A DNA stretch of 58,475 nt from the IMG/VR virus record IMGVR_UViG_3300009158_003990, positions 1-58,475 of that record; one strand, 5' to 3'. This DNA comes from a virus. Lineage: Duplodnaviria; Caudoviricetes. The position numbers and the translations under genes were made by a program. How positions within the stretch are numbered: the stretch's first letter is position 1; the number at the start of each line of letters is the position of its first letter. Below are positions 18,193 through 28,009 of the stretch, piece by piece. Below the pieces are notes generated by a model, which searched no databases, was not told the DNA's origin, and was given only the letters and a program-made list of their open reading frames with translations.

Positions 18193-18456
18193 ATGCAGAC
18201 TCATTATATTAAAAATAAAATGTCTTCAAGTGACAAGTTTTCCACAGAACTTGAAAGCATAATATACAATATTGTTCCAATTGATTATTTGGTTTCAGAA
18301 GAGATTCTTATAAAACAAATAACAACAGAAGCATCTAAAGAATTTTCTAGCAGAAGATACTTGTCTAAAGAGATAAGAGACACGCTTGCAAATATGATAA
18401 AAAATCATCATATAAAAGAAATATATGGATCAAAAATTGTAAAAGCTATTTTTTAA
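18193..18456 (+). CDS. hypothetical protein
   Basis: ORF directly following def. Confidence 0.45.
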   Translation: MQTHYIKNKMSSSDKFSTELESIIYNIVPIDYLVSEEILIKQITTEASKEFSSRRYLSKEIRDTLANMIKNHHIKEIYGSKIVKAIF

Positions 18457-18463
18457 AAAAATA

Positions 18464-18604
18464 ATGTCAAAGATTAAAAATAAAATATTTATTGATGTTT
18501 TTATAATTATACTGTCATTTATTGCATTATATTTAATATTAGGTCTATTTCTTTCTGATTTAATTCATAAAGACGATTGTAAGTGTATTGGTGTCTTAAA
18601 GTAA
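18464..18604 (+). CDS. small single-TM protein (not in ORF track)
   Basis: MSKIKNKIFIDVFIIILSFIALYLILGLFLSDLIHKDDCKCIGVLK*, 46 aa. Confidence 0.5.
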   Translation: MSKIKNKIFIDVFIIILSFIALYLILGLFLSDLIHKDDCKCIGVLK

Positions 18605-18648
18605 GGGGTATTTATTTATAGGCAAATTTCTCTAAGGAGGGGAACCCT

Positions 18649-18843
18649 ATGAACAGATACTTTGAAGTTTGGGGCGTTCCACCCAATCAAAAGAATAGGA
18701 TAAAAATTGCAGAATATGAAGAAATATATTGGCAAAGAGCAGAAAAAAAAAGTGCAAGATTAGAAGAAATTGGATATGAAAAAATTGTTATTTATGAAAA
18801 AACAAGAAATGATAGTGTTGATAAAGGAAGCTTGTTGTTGTAA
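18649..18843 (+). CDS. hypothetical protein
   Basis: Strong AAGGAGG RBS. Confidence 0.55.
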   Translation: MNRYFEVWGVPPNQKNRIKIAEYEEIYWQRAEKKSARLEEIGYEKIVIYEKTRNDSVDKGSLLL

Positions 18844-18876
18844 TATTTTAAAAGAGGATTTATTAAAAAGGAAGCA

Positions 18877-19950
18877 ATGTCAATGAACATAAATTATTTA
18901 GCACCAATCAATAAACTTGGTTATGGGGTTGTTGGAACAAACATATACAATGAACTTATTAAAAAAAATAATGTTTCATTGTTTCCAATTGGCCCAATAG
19001 AATGCGATGATGAAAATTCAGAAAAAATAAGGTCTGGATTAATTAATTCTTCGTCTTTTGATTATGATGCACCAAGCTTTAGAATTTGGCATCAATGGGA
19101 TATGGCTTTAAATGTAGGAAAAGGTAAAAAGTTTGGCCTTACATTTTTTGAAATGGATAGATTAAAAGAAAAAGAAATTCACAACTTAAATTTTTTAGAT
19201 AAAATATTTGTTTGTTCTGATTGGTCAAAAAAAATAATTGTGGATAGTGGAATAAGTGCCGATAAGGTTAAAGTTATAAATCTTGGTGTAGACAACTCTA
19301 TTTTTGATGAAAAAGAAATCGTTCCTTCTAAAACAACATATTTGTTAAATGTTGGAAAATGGGAAATAAGAAAGGGTCATGATCTAATAATAGATATTCT
19401 TCTTAAAGCATTTACTCCAGAAGATGATTTTAAATTAATAATGTGTTGTTCAAATCCTTTTTTAACTCAAGAAGAACAAAATCAATGGATTTCATTTTAC
19501 GAAAAAAGTCCATTTTTTGATAAAATAATTGTTTTAAAGAATAGACTTGAAACACAAAAAGAAGTTTTTGATATTATGAAAAAAAGTGACATAGGTATTT
19601 TTCCATATAGATCTGAGGCTTGGAATTTAGAGTTAGCTGAAATGCTTGCTCTTGGAAAAAACTGTATAGCAACAAATTATTCTGGACCTACTCAATATGC
19701 TTTAGAATCAGGTTGCGAATTAATAGATCCAGATGGGATTGAATTAGCAAACGATGGCAAATGGTTTGATGGTAGTGGCAATTGGGCAAAATTAAATGAG
19801 TCTTATGTTGAAAGATTTGCCAATAAACTTAAGTTGTTACATCAAAAAAAACAGTCTGGAGAATTGATTAAAAATACTAAAGGTATAGAGTTTTTTAAAA
19901 AACATACATGGGAATCTATTGCCTCATATATATCTGAGGAAATTAAATAA
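18877..19950 (+). CDS. GT4-like glycosyltransferase
   Basis: NLGVD, VGKWEIRKG.D, FPYRSEAWNLELAEMLALG..CIATNYSG. Confidence 0.85.
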   Translation: MSMNINYLAPINKLGYGVVGTNIYNELIKKNNVSLFPIGPIECDDENSEKIRSGLINSSSFDYDAPSFRIWHQWDMALNVGKGKKFGLTFFEMDRLKEKEIHNLNFLDKIFVCSDWSKKIIVDSGISADKVKVINLGVDNSIFDEKEIVPSKTTYLLNVGKWEIRKGHDLIIDILLKAFTPEDDFKLIMCCSNPFLTQEEQNQWISFYEKSPFFDKIIVLKNRLETQKEVFDIMKKSDIGIFPYRSEAWNLELAEMLALGKNCIATNYSGPTQYALESGCELIDPDGIELANDGKWFDGSGNWAKLNESYVERFANKLKLLHQKKQSGELIKNTKGIEFFKKHTWESIASYISEEIK

Positions 19951-20342
19951 TGAAAACAAAAATATCTTTTCTTGTTTGTTCAAAAAATATAGACGGCATT
20001 CCTGCTATAGCAATAGATAAAGTTGAAGATCGCTTTTATATACCAACATTTGAAATTACGCAAGAAGATGTAAACATAGATTCTTTTATATGCGAAAAGT
20101 TTAATTTTTTAACTGGTGGCAACGCAAGCTACAAAAAAAACATTGGCGATACTAACATATATATATGCGGAACTATTGTTGATGGCGATTATTTTTCTAT
20201 TGTATTTGGTTGCTATATACCAAGAATATTTGAACATAAAAATATTCATTGGGAATCAATGTCTATACTTGTAGAAGAAGATTTTTTTGACCAAGAATAC
20301 AAAGAACAAATTATTTCATGCTTTAATTATTTTTCAAGATAG
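19950..20342 (+). CDS. hypothetical protein
   Basis: TAATG-coupled ORF. Confidence 0.55.
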   Translation: MKTKISFLVCSKNIDGIPAIAIDKVEDRFYIPTFEITQEDVNIDSFICEKFNFLTGGNASYKKNIGDTNIYICGTIVDGDYFSIVFGCYIPRIFEHKNIHWESMSILVEEDFFDQEYKEQIISCFNYFSR

Positions 20343-20348
20343 GTATAA

Positions 20349-20657
20349 ATGAATATCAAAATATCCATAGAAGTAATTGACAACGAAATATCTTCTTATG
20401 TAGATATACCAAAAGAACTTAGTCAAGAACAACAACATGCATTTGCTTTAAAGTTTGCTTCTACTGTTTTTATGTTGCAAACAGGTGAAATATTACCATC
20501 TATTTTTCAGTCTGTGGTAAGTTCTGGAATTTTAACTAATCAAAAACTTTTTTCAGAACTTATTATTAGAAAAATATTAGATGGTTTTAATATTGATGCA
20601 GATAATATGCCAATGATTAATCCTAGTGATGCTTTTTTGTTTAGGGAAAAACAATGA
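20349..20657 (+). CDS. hypothetical protein
   Basis: ORF in operon. Confidence 0.55.
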   Translation: MNIKISIEVIDNEISSYVDIPKELSQEQQHAFALKFASTVFMLQTGEILPSIFQSVVSSGILTNQKLFSELIIRKILDGFNIDADNMPMINPSDAFLFREKQ

Positions 20658-21448
20658 TTGAATCTAGAGTAATAGCCGATTCTATTAGTGATTCTGGCAA
20701 AAGAATAACTACCTTTATTTGCACTTTTCCAAGGTTTATTCTTGCAGAATTTAACACACACAGAATGCTTTCAAGAAACGCAGCAAGTTCTAGAGCTATG
20801 CCCATTAAAAAGTTTATAGAACAAGTTGCTAATTTTCCAGTAATGCCTGTCTATTGGGGAAAAGATCAGTCTGGAATGCAAGCTTGGTCTGAACTATCAC
20901 CTTCTGATATACCTGTTGCAGAAACTATATGGTTACAAGCAAGAGATGCAATGATTCATTGTGCTCAAGAAATGAGATCTCTTGGAGTTCATAAACAAAT
21001 TGTAAACAGACTTCTTGAACCTTGGTTTAATGTTACCGTTATAGTAACAGCAACAGAGCTAGACAATTTTTTTAAGCTTAGATGTCATAAGGATGCACAA
21101 CCAGAAATAAATTCTTTAGCACTTAGAATGAAAGAAGCTTTAGATGAATCAAATCCTAAAAAAATCAATTTCGGAGATTGGCACATTCCTTTTGGCGATA
21201 AATACATAGAAGAAAAACTTAAGATTAAAGATAAGATTAAAATTGCTGTAGCTAGATGTGCAAGAGTTAGCTATTTAAATTTTGAAGGAAATATTGATCA
21301 TGAAAAAGATTATGACTTACACGACAAACTTGCAGAGCAGGGTCATTGGAGTCCTTTTGAACATTGTGCTTCTCCGCTTCATGATCCAAAAGAATCATCT
21401 GGAAACTTTGTTGGATGGCATCAATACAGAAAGTCTTTTCAACAATGA
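20654..21448 (+). CDS. thyX: FAD-dependent thymidylate synthase
   Basis: AEFNTHRMLSRNAASSR, NFFKLR...AQPEI, ARVSY, HWSPFEH. Confidence 0.9.
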   Translation: MIESRVIADSISDSGKRITTFICTFPRFILAEFNTHRMLSRNAASSRAMPIKKFIEQVANFPVMPVYWGKDQSGMQAWSELSPSDIPVAETIWLQARDAMIHCAQEMRSLGVHKQIVNRLLEPWFNVTVIVTATELDNFFKLRCHKDAQPEINSLALRMKEALDESNPKKINFGDWHIPFGDKYIEEKLKIKDKIKIAVARCARVSYLNFEGNIDHEKDYDLHDKLAEQGHWSPFEHCASPLHDPKESSGNFVGWHQYRKSFQQ

Positions 21449-22011
21449 CAAAAAAAATATGTTGGCTTAAATGGGAAGATCCTTTTGACCCAAAAGAAAA
21501 AGACTCTAATCTTGAAATACAATCTCAAAAAGATGGTTTCATAGAAAGTCAAGACGATGAAATAGATAGGCATTTAAGAGTTATAGTTGGACCTTATGGC
21601 ACAATACCAATAAATGAAAATTCAATAACAGGCAAGCTTTATAAAATGTGGGTTGGTCATTGCAATTTTGATATAACAAAAGACATATCAAATACAATAG
21701 AAAAAGTCCAAGGGGTTGAAATACTTAGAGTTTGGACAAGATATAGATTTTGGATAGGAGTAGGCAATTTATTTGACGATAATGTTGTTCATCAAGAAAT
21801 AGAGTCTTCTATTTTTCCTAAAAAAATAAATGAAAGCGTTTCTATAAATGCATTATCAAAAGTTTTGTCTAAAAAATATAAGTTTTGGATAATATATTCT
21901 TTGCACAATGAAGAAATAAAAACTTTGGGCGGTGAAAGTAAAGATGCTATATTAAATACAATAAAAGAAATAAAAGACATATTGATTATTTCTTGTAGTT
22001 GGGAAAAATAA
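21445..22011 (+). CDS. hypothetical protein
   Basis: W.GH.NFDIT, GVEIL...TRYRF.IG.G..F phage-type ORF. Confidence 0.6.
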   Translation: MTKKICWLKWEDPFDPKEKDSNLEIQSQKDGFIESQDDEIDRHLRVIVGPYGTIPINENSITGKLYKMWVGHCNFDITKDISNTIEKVQGVEILRVWTRYRFWIGVGNLFDDNVVHQEIESSIFPKKINESVSINALSKVLSKKYKFWIIYSLHNEEIKTLGGESKDAILNTIKEIKDILIISCSWEK

Positions 22012-22532
22012 TGCCTAAAAAAATGCAAGTTAAAAAAGAAATAACAGATTTAGATTTCAGCAACGCAGTTAAAAATCAAGATAATATAAAAATAATTAAA
22101 AAAGCTACACTTTCTTATCACAAAATAATAGATCAAGACGAATTAAATTCTTGTGGATTAGAAGCACTTTGGAAGTCTTTGCAGTGTCATAATGAAAAAT
22201 ACAATCAAAAATTTACAACTACTTTGTATAGATTTGTTGATTGGGAGTGTAAAAGAAGGCTAAGAAGAAAAAAGTCTTTAAAAAATAGTTTTTCTCATTT
22301 ATTATCTAACGATTTTTCAAATCTTCTAATTAAGCAAAATGATCTTTCTTCTTACATAAATGAAAAAATAAGTTTGCTTGACAAAGATTTTAGTATATTA
22401 TTAAGACAAAGGTTTTTTGATGGTTTTTCAGTAAAAGAAATTGGGGAAATAAACAATTGTACCCCAAGCATAATTAGGTATAAACTTTTAAAAGCTATTA
22501 AAAAACTTAAGTCTATTTGTTCAGATATTTAA
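22011..22532 (+). CDS. RNA polymerase sigma-70-family factor (ECF-size)
   Basis: Region 2 D.DEL...G.EALWK......KFTT.LY; region 4 RFFDGFSVKEIG...TPS.IR.....AIKKLK. Confidence 0.8.
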   Translation: MPKKMQVKKEITDLDFSNAVKNQDNIKIIKKATLSYHKIIDQDELNSCGLEALWKSLQCHNEKYNQKFTTTLYRFVDWECKRRLRRKKSLKNSFSHLLSNDFSNLLIKQNDLSSYINEKISLLDKDFSILLRQRFFDGFSVKEIGEINNCTPSIIRYKLLKAIKKLKSICSDI

Positions 22533-22547
22533 AAACAGGAGATTGAT

Positions 22548-22805
22548 ATGAGCGATGTAAGAACTGCTGTAAGTCCAGAACAAGTTCAAAAAACAATGGG
22601 TATTGTTATTTCAACTTTGAAATTTGTTTCGACAATTATTCCAGGCGAAGCAGATGATAAAATTGTTGCTGTTATTTCTGCATTAGCACAAGAACCTTGG
22701 GTTATTCCAGCGGTTACATTTTTAATTAATAAATTCGACAACACAAAACCAATTACTTCTGAAGATTTTTTACTCGCTATAAAAGTAGCAAAAAATGAGG
22801 CTTAA
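22548..22805 (+). CDS. hypothetical protein, possibly membrane associated
   Basis: AGGAG RBS; two amphipathic segments around IPGEADD. Confidence 0.55.
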   Translation: MSDVRTAVSPEQVQKTMGIVISTLKFVSTIIPGEADDKIVAVISALAQEPWVIPAVTFLINKFDNTKPITSEDFLLAIKVAKNEA

Positions 22806-22807
22806 TC

Positions 22808-23587
22808 ATGTTTAAAAAAGCACTGTTCTTTTTTTTAGTATTTTGCAATCTTACCTTTGCAGAAAACTTTATTGTTCCAGAACAAAAAATTGTTGGAGCA
22901 GAACTTCCAATTCCGTTGGGTGAGCTTGTAGATTTATCTATAAGTCCAATTCAATCTGCTCCAAAGTTTTTAGTTTCAACCACATATGCATGGAAAGTTT
23001 TTGATGGCTACACAGAGAAACGAATCCGCAACTATGAGAATGGCGTTTTCTTTGGTTCTGGCATACAAGCAAAAAAGCTTAAGGTCATTGTTTCTGTAAC
23101 TCATTTATACATAGTTAAAGATAATGAAAAGCTTTTAGAAGCAGCTATTAGAACCAATTTTATTTCAACAGATGTTTTTATTGGTGAAGAAGAACCTAGT
23201 ACTCCAATAGAACCAGAAGTTGAACCAGAATTTGGAGAATCAAAATATCAACTTTCTAAGTTTGTTTATGATGGCGTTAAGAATATTAAGCTATCAAAAT
23301 CAGATAGGACAAAACAATGTGCTGCTATTGCAACATCTTTTGATGGTATTGCTGCTGCTATTGCTGCTGGAACAATAGCAACACTTGAAGACATACTAAA
23401 GAAAACAGCAGAATCAAATAAATTTGCACTAACCAAATCTGGTGGAGATAGAACAAAATGGGAATCTTTATTTACAGAAATACAAGAAAAACTTTTTGAT
23501 CTATATAAAACCAACAAAATGCAAACTAAAGAAGATTTTGCTATTGCGTGGAGAGAAATATCTTCTGGACTTAAGTTAATAAAATAG
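22808..23587 (+). CDS. putative exported protein
   Basis: Signal peptide MFKKALFFFLVFCNLTFA; Pro/Glu linker; helical C-terminal domain. Confidence 0.6.
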   Translation: MFKKALFFFLVFCNLTFAENFIVPEQKIVGAELPIPLGELVDLSISPIQSAPKFLVSTTYAWKVFDGYTEKRIRNYENGVFFGSGIQAKKLKVIVSVTHLYIVKDNEKLLEAAIRTNFISTDVFIGEEEPSTPIEPEVEPEFGESKYQLSKFVYDGVKNIKLSKSDRTKQCAAIATSFDGIAAAIAAGTIATLEDILKKTAESNKFALTKSGGDRTKWESLFTEIQEKLFDLYKTNKMQTKEDFAIAWREISSGLKLIK

Positions 23588-23594
23588 GTGAAAC

Positions 23595-24518
23595 ATGTCT
23601 GAACTATCAAGACTTAATGGTTGGGCAGGAAAAGACAATCCTTCGCTTGTTGAAAGTGAATTTAATTTAATTAAAGATGACGGATCATTTAAAGACTTTA
23701 ATGTTTATGGTAAAAGCCAAGACACTAAGGGTAAAAAAATGATGTTGTACGATGTTGTTCGTAAAGTTCTTGGTAAGGATACTGAGAATTATCCACAGGA
23801 GATCGGGGATTGTGTAAGTTTTGGTGCTAAGAATGCAATTGAATATTTAATGGCTACTGAAAAGCTTATGAAGGGCGATCACGAAAAATTTGAACCTATA
23901 TTTCCTCCGTATCTTTATGGTATAGGAAGAGTTTTAGTTGGTCGTGGACAACTTAATGGTGAAGATGGTTCTTTAGGAAGTTGGATGGCAGATGCTGTTA
24001 TTAAATATGGGGTTTTGCGTAGTAATTTTAATGGTGTTCCTAAGTATGCAGGAAGCGTAGCTAAAAAATGGGGCAATACTCCCGGACCAGATAAAAAGTT
24101 TATTGAAGAAGGAACTAGTCATCCAGTAAAATCTGCTGCTCAAATTAAAACTTGGGATCAATTAGTAGAGTCTATTGTGAATGGTTATCCTTGCACAACC
24201 GCTAGTGATGTTGGTTATACGATGACACCAGCAAACGATGGCTTTCATCGTCAAACAGATAATTGGGGTCACCAGATGTGCTTTATAGGCGTTGATGATA
24301 GGGCAGATGACCCATATGCCATTATTGTTAACAGTTGGGGTGATGCTCATGGCCAGCTTAAAGACTTTAATACTGGCGAATCCCTTCCTATTGGCACTCT
24401 TAGAGTTAGAAAGAAAGATGCTGAAAAACATCTTAGGGCTGGTGAAACTTTTGCATACAGCAATTTTGATGGATTTCAAGAACAGTTGATAGACAAAAAA
24501 TTATTCATGCTTATATAG
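23595..24518 (+). CDS. papain-like (C1 family) cysteine peptidase
   Basis: Q..GDCVSFG (catalytic Cys), WGHQM (His), IVNSWG (Asn). Confidence 0.85.
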   Translation: MSELSRLNGWAGKDNPSLVESEFNLIKDDGSFKDFNVYGKSQDTKGKKMMLYDVVRKVLGKDTENYPQEIGDCVSFGAKNAIEYLMATEKLMKGDHEKFEPIFPPYLYGIGRVLVGRGQLNGEDGSLGSWMADAVIKYGVLRSNFNGVPKYAGSVAKKWGNTPGPDKKFIEEGTSHPVKSAAQIKTWDQLVESIVNGYPCTTASDVGYTMTPANDGFHRQTDNWGHQMCFIGVDDRADDPYAIIVNSWGDAHGQLKDFNTGESLPIGTLRVRKKDAEKHLRAGETFAYSNFDGFQEQLIDKKLFMLI

Positions 24519-24527
24519 GATTTAAAA

Positions 24528-24998
24528 ATGTCTAAAAAAAAAGATGATGAACATTTAAAACAACAAATAGATTACAATGAATTTTTAAATTCAATTAAAG
24601 ATTTAATCTTAAGCACTAATGCTTATAAAAATCAAAAATTAAAACAATTTTCTATAGCAAAAGCATCTTATGATGCTCCACAATCAGCAAGAAATAATGC
24701 AAAAAAAGTTTTAGCTTGGAAAGAAAAATATGGAAAAGAATGCAAAGGAATGACTGCTGTTGGTTGGGCTAGAGCAAGAGACTTAGCTGGAAATGCTATG
24801 TTGTCTGCTGACACAGTAAAAAGAATGGCTCAATTTAATAGACACGGATCTAATTATGAAAAAGCTAAATCCAAACCAGAATATAAAACTAAACCTTGGA
24901 GCATTCCAGCAGTTGTTGCATGGTTAGGTTGGGGTGGAACATCTGGTATTGAATGGGCGATAAGAACAAGTCAATCAATTCTAAAAAAGAAAAAATAA
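24528..24998 (+). CDS. hypothetical phage protein
   Basis: GWARARDLA..LS.DTVKRM..F.RH, AWLGWGG.SG..WA motif that I recall from other phage ORFs. Confidence 0.6.
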   Translation: MSKKKDDEHLKQQIDYNEFLNSIKDLILSTNAYKNQKLKQFSIAKASYDAPQSARNNAKKVLAWKEKYGKECKGMTAVGWARARDLAGNAMLSADTVKRMAQFNRHGSNYEKAKSKPEYKTKPWSIPAVVAWLGWGGTSGIEWAIRTSQSILKKKK

Positions 24999-25000
24999 TT

Positions 25001-25144
25001 ATGTTAAACCTAGTTATTTTTTTATTGTTTAGTCAAAACATAAATAAAGAACAGTTTATATTAATAGAAAAAGATTCTATTTCATTTTCTAAATTAATAA
25101 ATGAAGTTAAAAAGAATACAAAACAAGAAGAATGTTTTACTTGA
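25001..25144 (+). CDS. small exported peptide; possible UGA(Sec) readthrough to 25159
   Basis: 47 aa, hydrophobic N-terminus, ends EECFT-TGA-RRKK-TAA. Confidence 0.45.
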   Translation: MLNLVIFLLFSQNINKEQFILIEKDSISFSKLINEVKKNTKQEECFT

Positions 25145-25158
25145 CGGAGAAAAAAATA

Positions 25159-25500
25159 ATGCGGTCGCATAAAAAAATACAAGAAATATTAGAAAAATCA
25201 GATACAATTAAAAAATACGATGCTATTGGTATTATAACAATAATAACAATTGTTAGTCTTGTTTTTCAAGGTATAAAACTAATACAATATTGCAAATCTT
25301 CTAAGGTTACAGCATTAATAATAAAAAAGGGTGGACCAATTGTAAGAATGTTTATTAGAAAAAACTTGTATAATAAAATAATTGAAGCAAATGTTCCAGA
25401 GAATGATGCTAAAATAATTTCTAATACAATAGTTGATCTTATACAATCTTTATCTATAAGTGAAATAACTAGTCTTTTAGAATTAGTTTTTAATGAATAA
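25159..25500 (+). CDS. hypothetical membrane protein
   Basis: TM segment AIGIITIITIVSLVFQGI. Confidence 0.55.
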   Translation: MRSHKKIQEILEKSDTIKKYDAIGIITIITIVSLVFQGIKLIQYCKSSKVTALIIKKGGPIVRMFIRKNLYNKIIEANVPENDAKIISNTIVDLIQSLSISEITSLLELVFNE

Positions 25501-26193
25501 TTAAATGTTTTTTTCTTTTAATTCTTTAAGTTTTTTTAAGTGACCGTTAGAGTATAATGCCTCTGTAAAATTTTCACCTATATTTTCTAAATAATATATT
25601 TCTTCTTCGCTAATGTTGTTAAAGTCTATATACCAAGGAATATGTCTACAAGCAAAATTTCCAGACAATCTCATGCTTTCATATCTATATCTTTTTATTT
25701 TTTGATCCATCGTAAATGTCATATCTGTAATTGCTCTATAAACATTTTCTTCTTCTGTTGGATACCAACATATGCTTTGATGATCAAATACTGTTGCTTT
25801 GTATGGATAATGATCTGGAATGTCATCCATTCTTAATGCCAGAGAAGCTTTTCTATCATATTTATTTATGCATTCTTTCATAATTTCTTGCCAATTGTAT
25901 GGCATATTAGGATTTAGTTCAAGATCTGCATCAGAGTAAATGTAATATTCACAATCTCTAATTTTATAAATATCAGAACCAAAAAACACCCAAGGACCAT
26001 GATTGGCATGTAATCTTAAAATTTTTATATCGTTTTCAATTTCTTTATACCAATCAAGAAGAGGAACATATGTAGATTTGTTATCTATAATTGTTATGTC
26101 TGAATTGCCATTTAATCTAAATAAATCTTCTACCATTTTCTTACATGTGGTTAACCTGTTTATATTTGTTAAAAATATAGGATAATTTACCAT
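25501..26193 (-). CDS. GT2-like glycosyltransferase
   Basis: IIDNKSTY, N.GPW, YIYSDAD DxD, RHIPWY. Confidence 0.7.
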   Translation of the reverse strand: MVNYPIFLTNINRLTTCKKMVEDLFRLNGNSDITIIDNKSTYVPLLDWYKEIENDIKILRLHANHGPWVFFGSDIYKIRDCEYYIYSDADLELNPNMPYNWQEIMKECINKYDRKASLALRMDDIPDHYPYKATVFDHQSICWYPTEEENVYRAITDMTFTMDQKIKRYRYESMRLSGNFACRHIPWYIDFNNISEEEIYYLENIGENFTEALYSNGHLKKLKELKEKNI

Positions 26194-26195
26194 TA

Positions 26196-27146
26196 TTATT
26201 CTCCAACTATTTTAAATTCTCCATTAACTATATCGTACACCTTATCTTTATGAATAAGCATTTTATATACAATTTGAGTTATGTCTAATTTTGTATTTCT
26301 AGTTTCTCCAATTCCACCTTTGTCACTAATTAAAAATTTAAATTGTTCTGTTAATACTGTTTTTTCTGGTGGATTAAAATGAAAGTAAGCATTAATGTAA
26401 CTCTCATCATTTACTGGTGGCTCATAATTAATCTTTTTATCTTCTATTTGATATCCTCTTAAAACTTTGCAAAAATCTATAACCTTTTCTTTTTTTCCAC
26501 CAAAAAAAGCACCATAATAATAAGTGTATTTTAATTTACTGTCTAAAGGAACATAAGATTTTCCAGTTTTATTTCTATCAAAACCTTTTCCATTAGATAA
26601 CCAAGAACGATTCCCATAATGTTCTCCACCAACAAGATCTCCCAAAAACCATGACTCATCAAAGTTTTTATCTATATTTGTATCTGCATCAAAATAATAA
26701 ATATAATCACAATTTTCTTTTTCAAGCTTTATTATATTTTTAAATTTTGAATTTGTTCCTTCATGCCAATGACTATGATTTTCTTTTATGTAAACAACAT
26801 TTGCATTTGGCAAATAATTTATTGGACTTAAGTCAGAAAACAAATAAAACTTTATATTAAATTCTCCTTTATAATAATGATTAAATTTTTTAACAAATCT
26901 TAGTCCAAGAGCAAAATATGAATTTGTGCAGACAATAACAATCGCTATTGTTTTTAATGAAAAACATTCATTTTCTGGAATTACTATTTCTTTTGTGTCA
27001 CTGTATATTATTAATTTTTTAATTTCATTGGGTTTTGTGTCGCCAAAAACATCGTTTGATGCTTTTACAAAACCAAAATTTTGAATTTCATATTTTAATA
27101 TTTCTGTTACATCTACATCTCCATATGTTGCTTTTTTAATGTTCAT
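26196..27146 (-). CDS. GT6-family glycosyltransferase with small N-terminal lectin-like domain
   Basis: YIYYFDAD, YYYGAFFGG, NDESYINAYF (cf. HDESHLNKYF in GT6); N-terminal ATYG..DVT...SN..FGD..P...KKL.I. Confidence 0.75.
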   Translation of the reverse strand: MNIKKATYGDVDVTEILKYEIQNFGFVKASNDVFGDTKPNEIKKLIIYSDTKEIVIPENECFSLKTIAIVIVCTNSYFALGLRFVKKFNHYYKGEFNIKFYLFSDLSPINYLPNANVVYIKENHSHWHEGTNSKFKNIIKLEKENCDYIYYFDADTNIDKNFDESWFLGDLVGGEHYGNRSWLSNGKGFDRNKTGKSYVPLDSKLKYTYYYGAFFGGKKEKVIDFCKVLRGYQIEDKKINYEPPVNDESYINAYFHFNPPEKTVLTEQFKFLISDKGGIGETRNTKLDITQIVYKMLIHKDKVYDIVNGEFKIVGE

Positions 27147-27213
27147 ATTTTCCTTTAATTAAAACTGTTTGTGTGTATAATACATATATTAAAATGTTAA
27201 GGAGTAAATAACA

Positions 27214-27951
27214 ATGTTTGAATTGCCTAATGTTAGTTGTTTTTGTCCAACATACGGAAGAACTAAACTTCTTATGGAGTCTGTCAATTGTTTTTTAAAT
27301 CAAGACTACAAAGGAAAAAAGGAATTAATTATATTAAATGATTTTGATCAACAAGAACTTATTTTCAATCATCCAGAAGTTAGAGTAATTAATTCAAAAA
27401 AAATAAAAAAATTAAGTGATAAATTTAATGAGTGCATTTCTTATTGTTCTGGAGATTATATATTTGTTTGGGAAGATGATGATATTTTTTTACCTTGGAG
27501 AATATCTTTTTCAATAAATAATTTAGATGAAAACGGTTGTTTTCATACAAGACAAGCATTTAAAGAAATTGGTCATAAAAAAATTGTTTTTTCTGATAAC
27601 TTACATCATTCTGCATTATGTATGCACAAAGATTCTTGGGAAAAAATTGGGTTTTACTCAGAATCTGATAGCACTAATATAGACACGCTTCTTTTTGATA
27701 AAATTAAAGATGAATATGGAACTATACACCAACAAATAAATAACGAAAATATTTATAATATATATAGGTATGAAACAACAAATCATTATCATGGATCAAG
27801 TATAGGTCAAAACTTTTCTGAAACCGTTCCAGTCTATCTTCAAGAAAAAATAAAAAATAAAGAAGAACCAACTGAAGGAATAATTATAAAGCCTTATTGG
27901 AAATATGATTATGTTGAAACAGCAAATCTTTTTTTAAAAAACTCAATATAA
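27214..27951 (+). CDS. GT2 glycosyltransferase
   Basis: VSCFCPTYGR, QDY, ELIILND, VWEDDD. Confidence 0.85.
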   Translation: MFELPNVSCFCPTYGRTKLLMESVNCFLNQDYKGKKELIILNDFDQQELIFNHPEVRVINSKKIKKLSDKFNECISYCSGDYIFVWEDDDIFLPWRISFSINNLDENGCFHTRQAFKEIGHKKIVFSDNLHHSALCMHKDSWEKIGFYSESDSTNIDTLLFDKIKDEYGTIHQQINNENIYNIYRYETTNHYHGSSIGQNFSETVPVYLQEKIKNKEEPTEGIIIKPYWKYDYVETANLFLKNSI

Positions 27952-28009
27952 CCCATTGAATCTAAATAAAAAATAAGTAAGAATCTCCTTTGTCTTATCG
28001 TTATTATGG

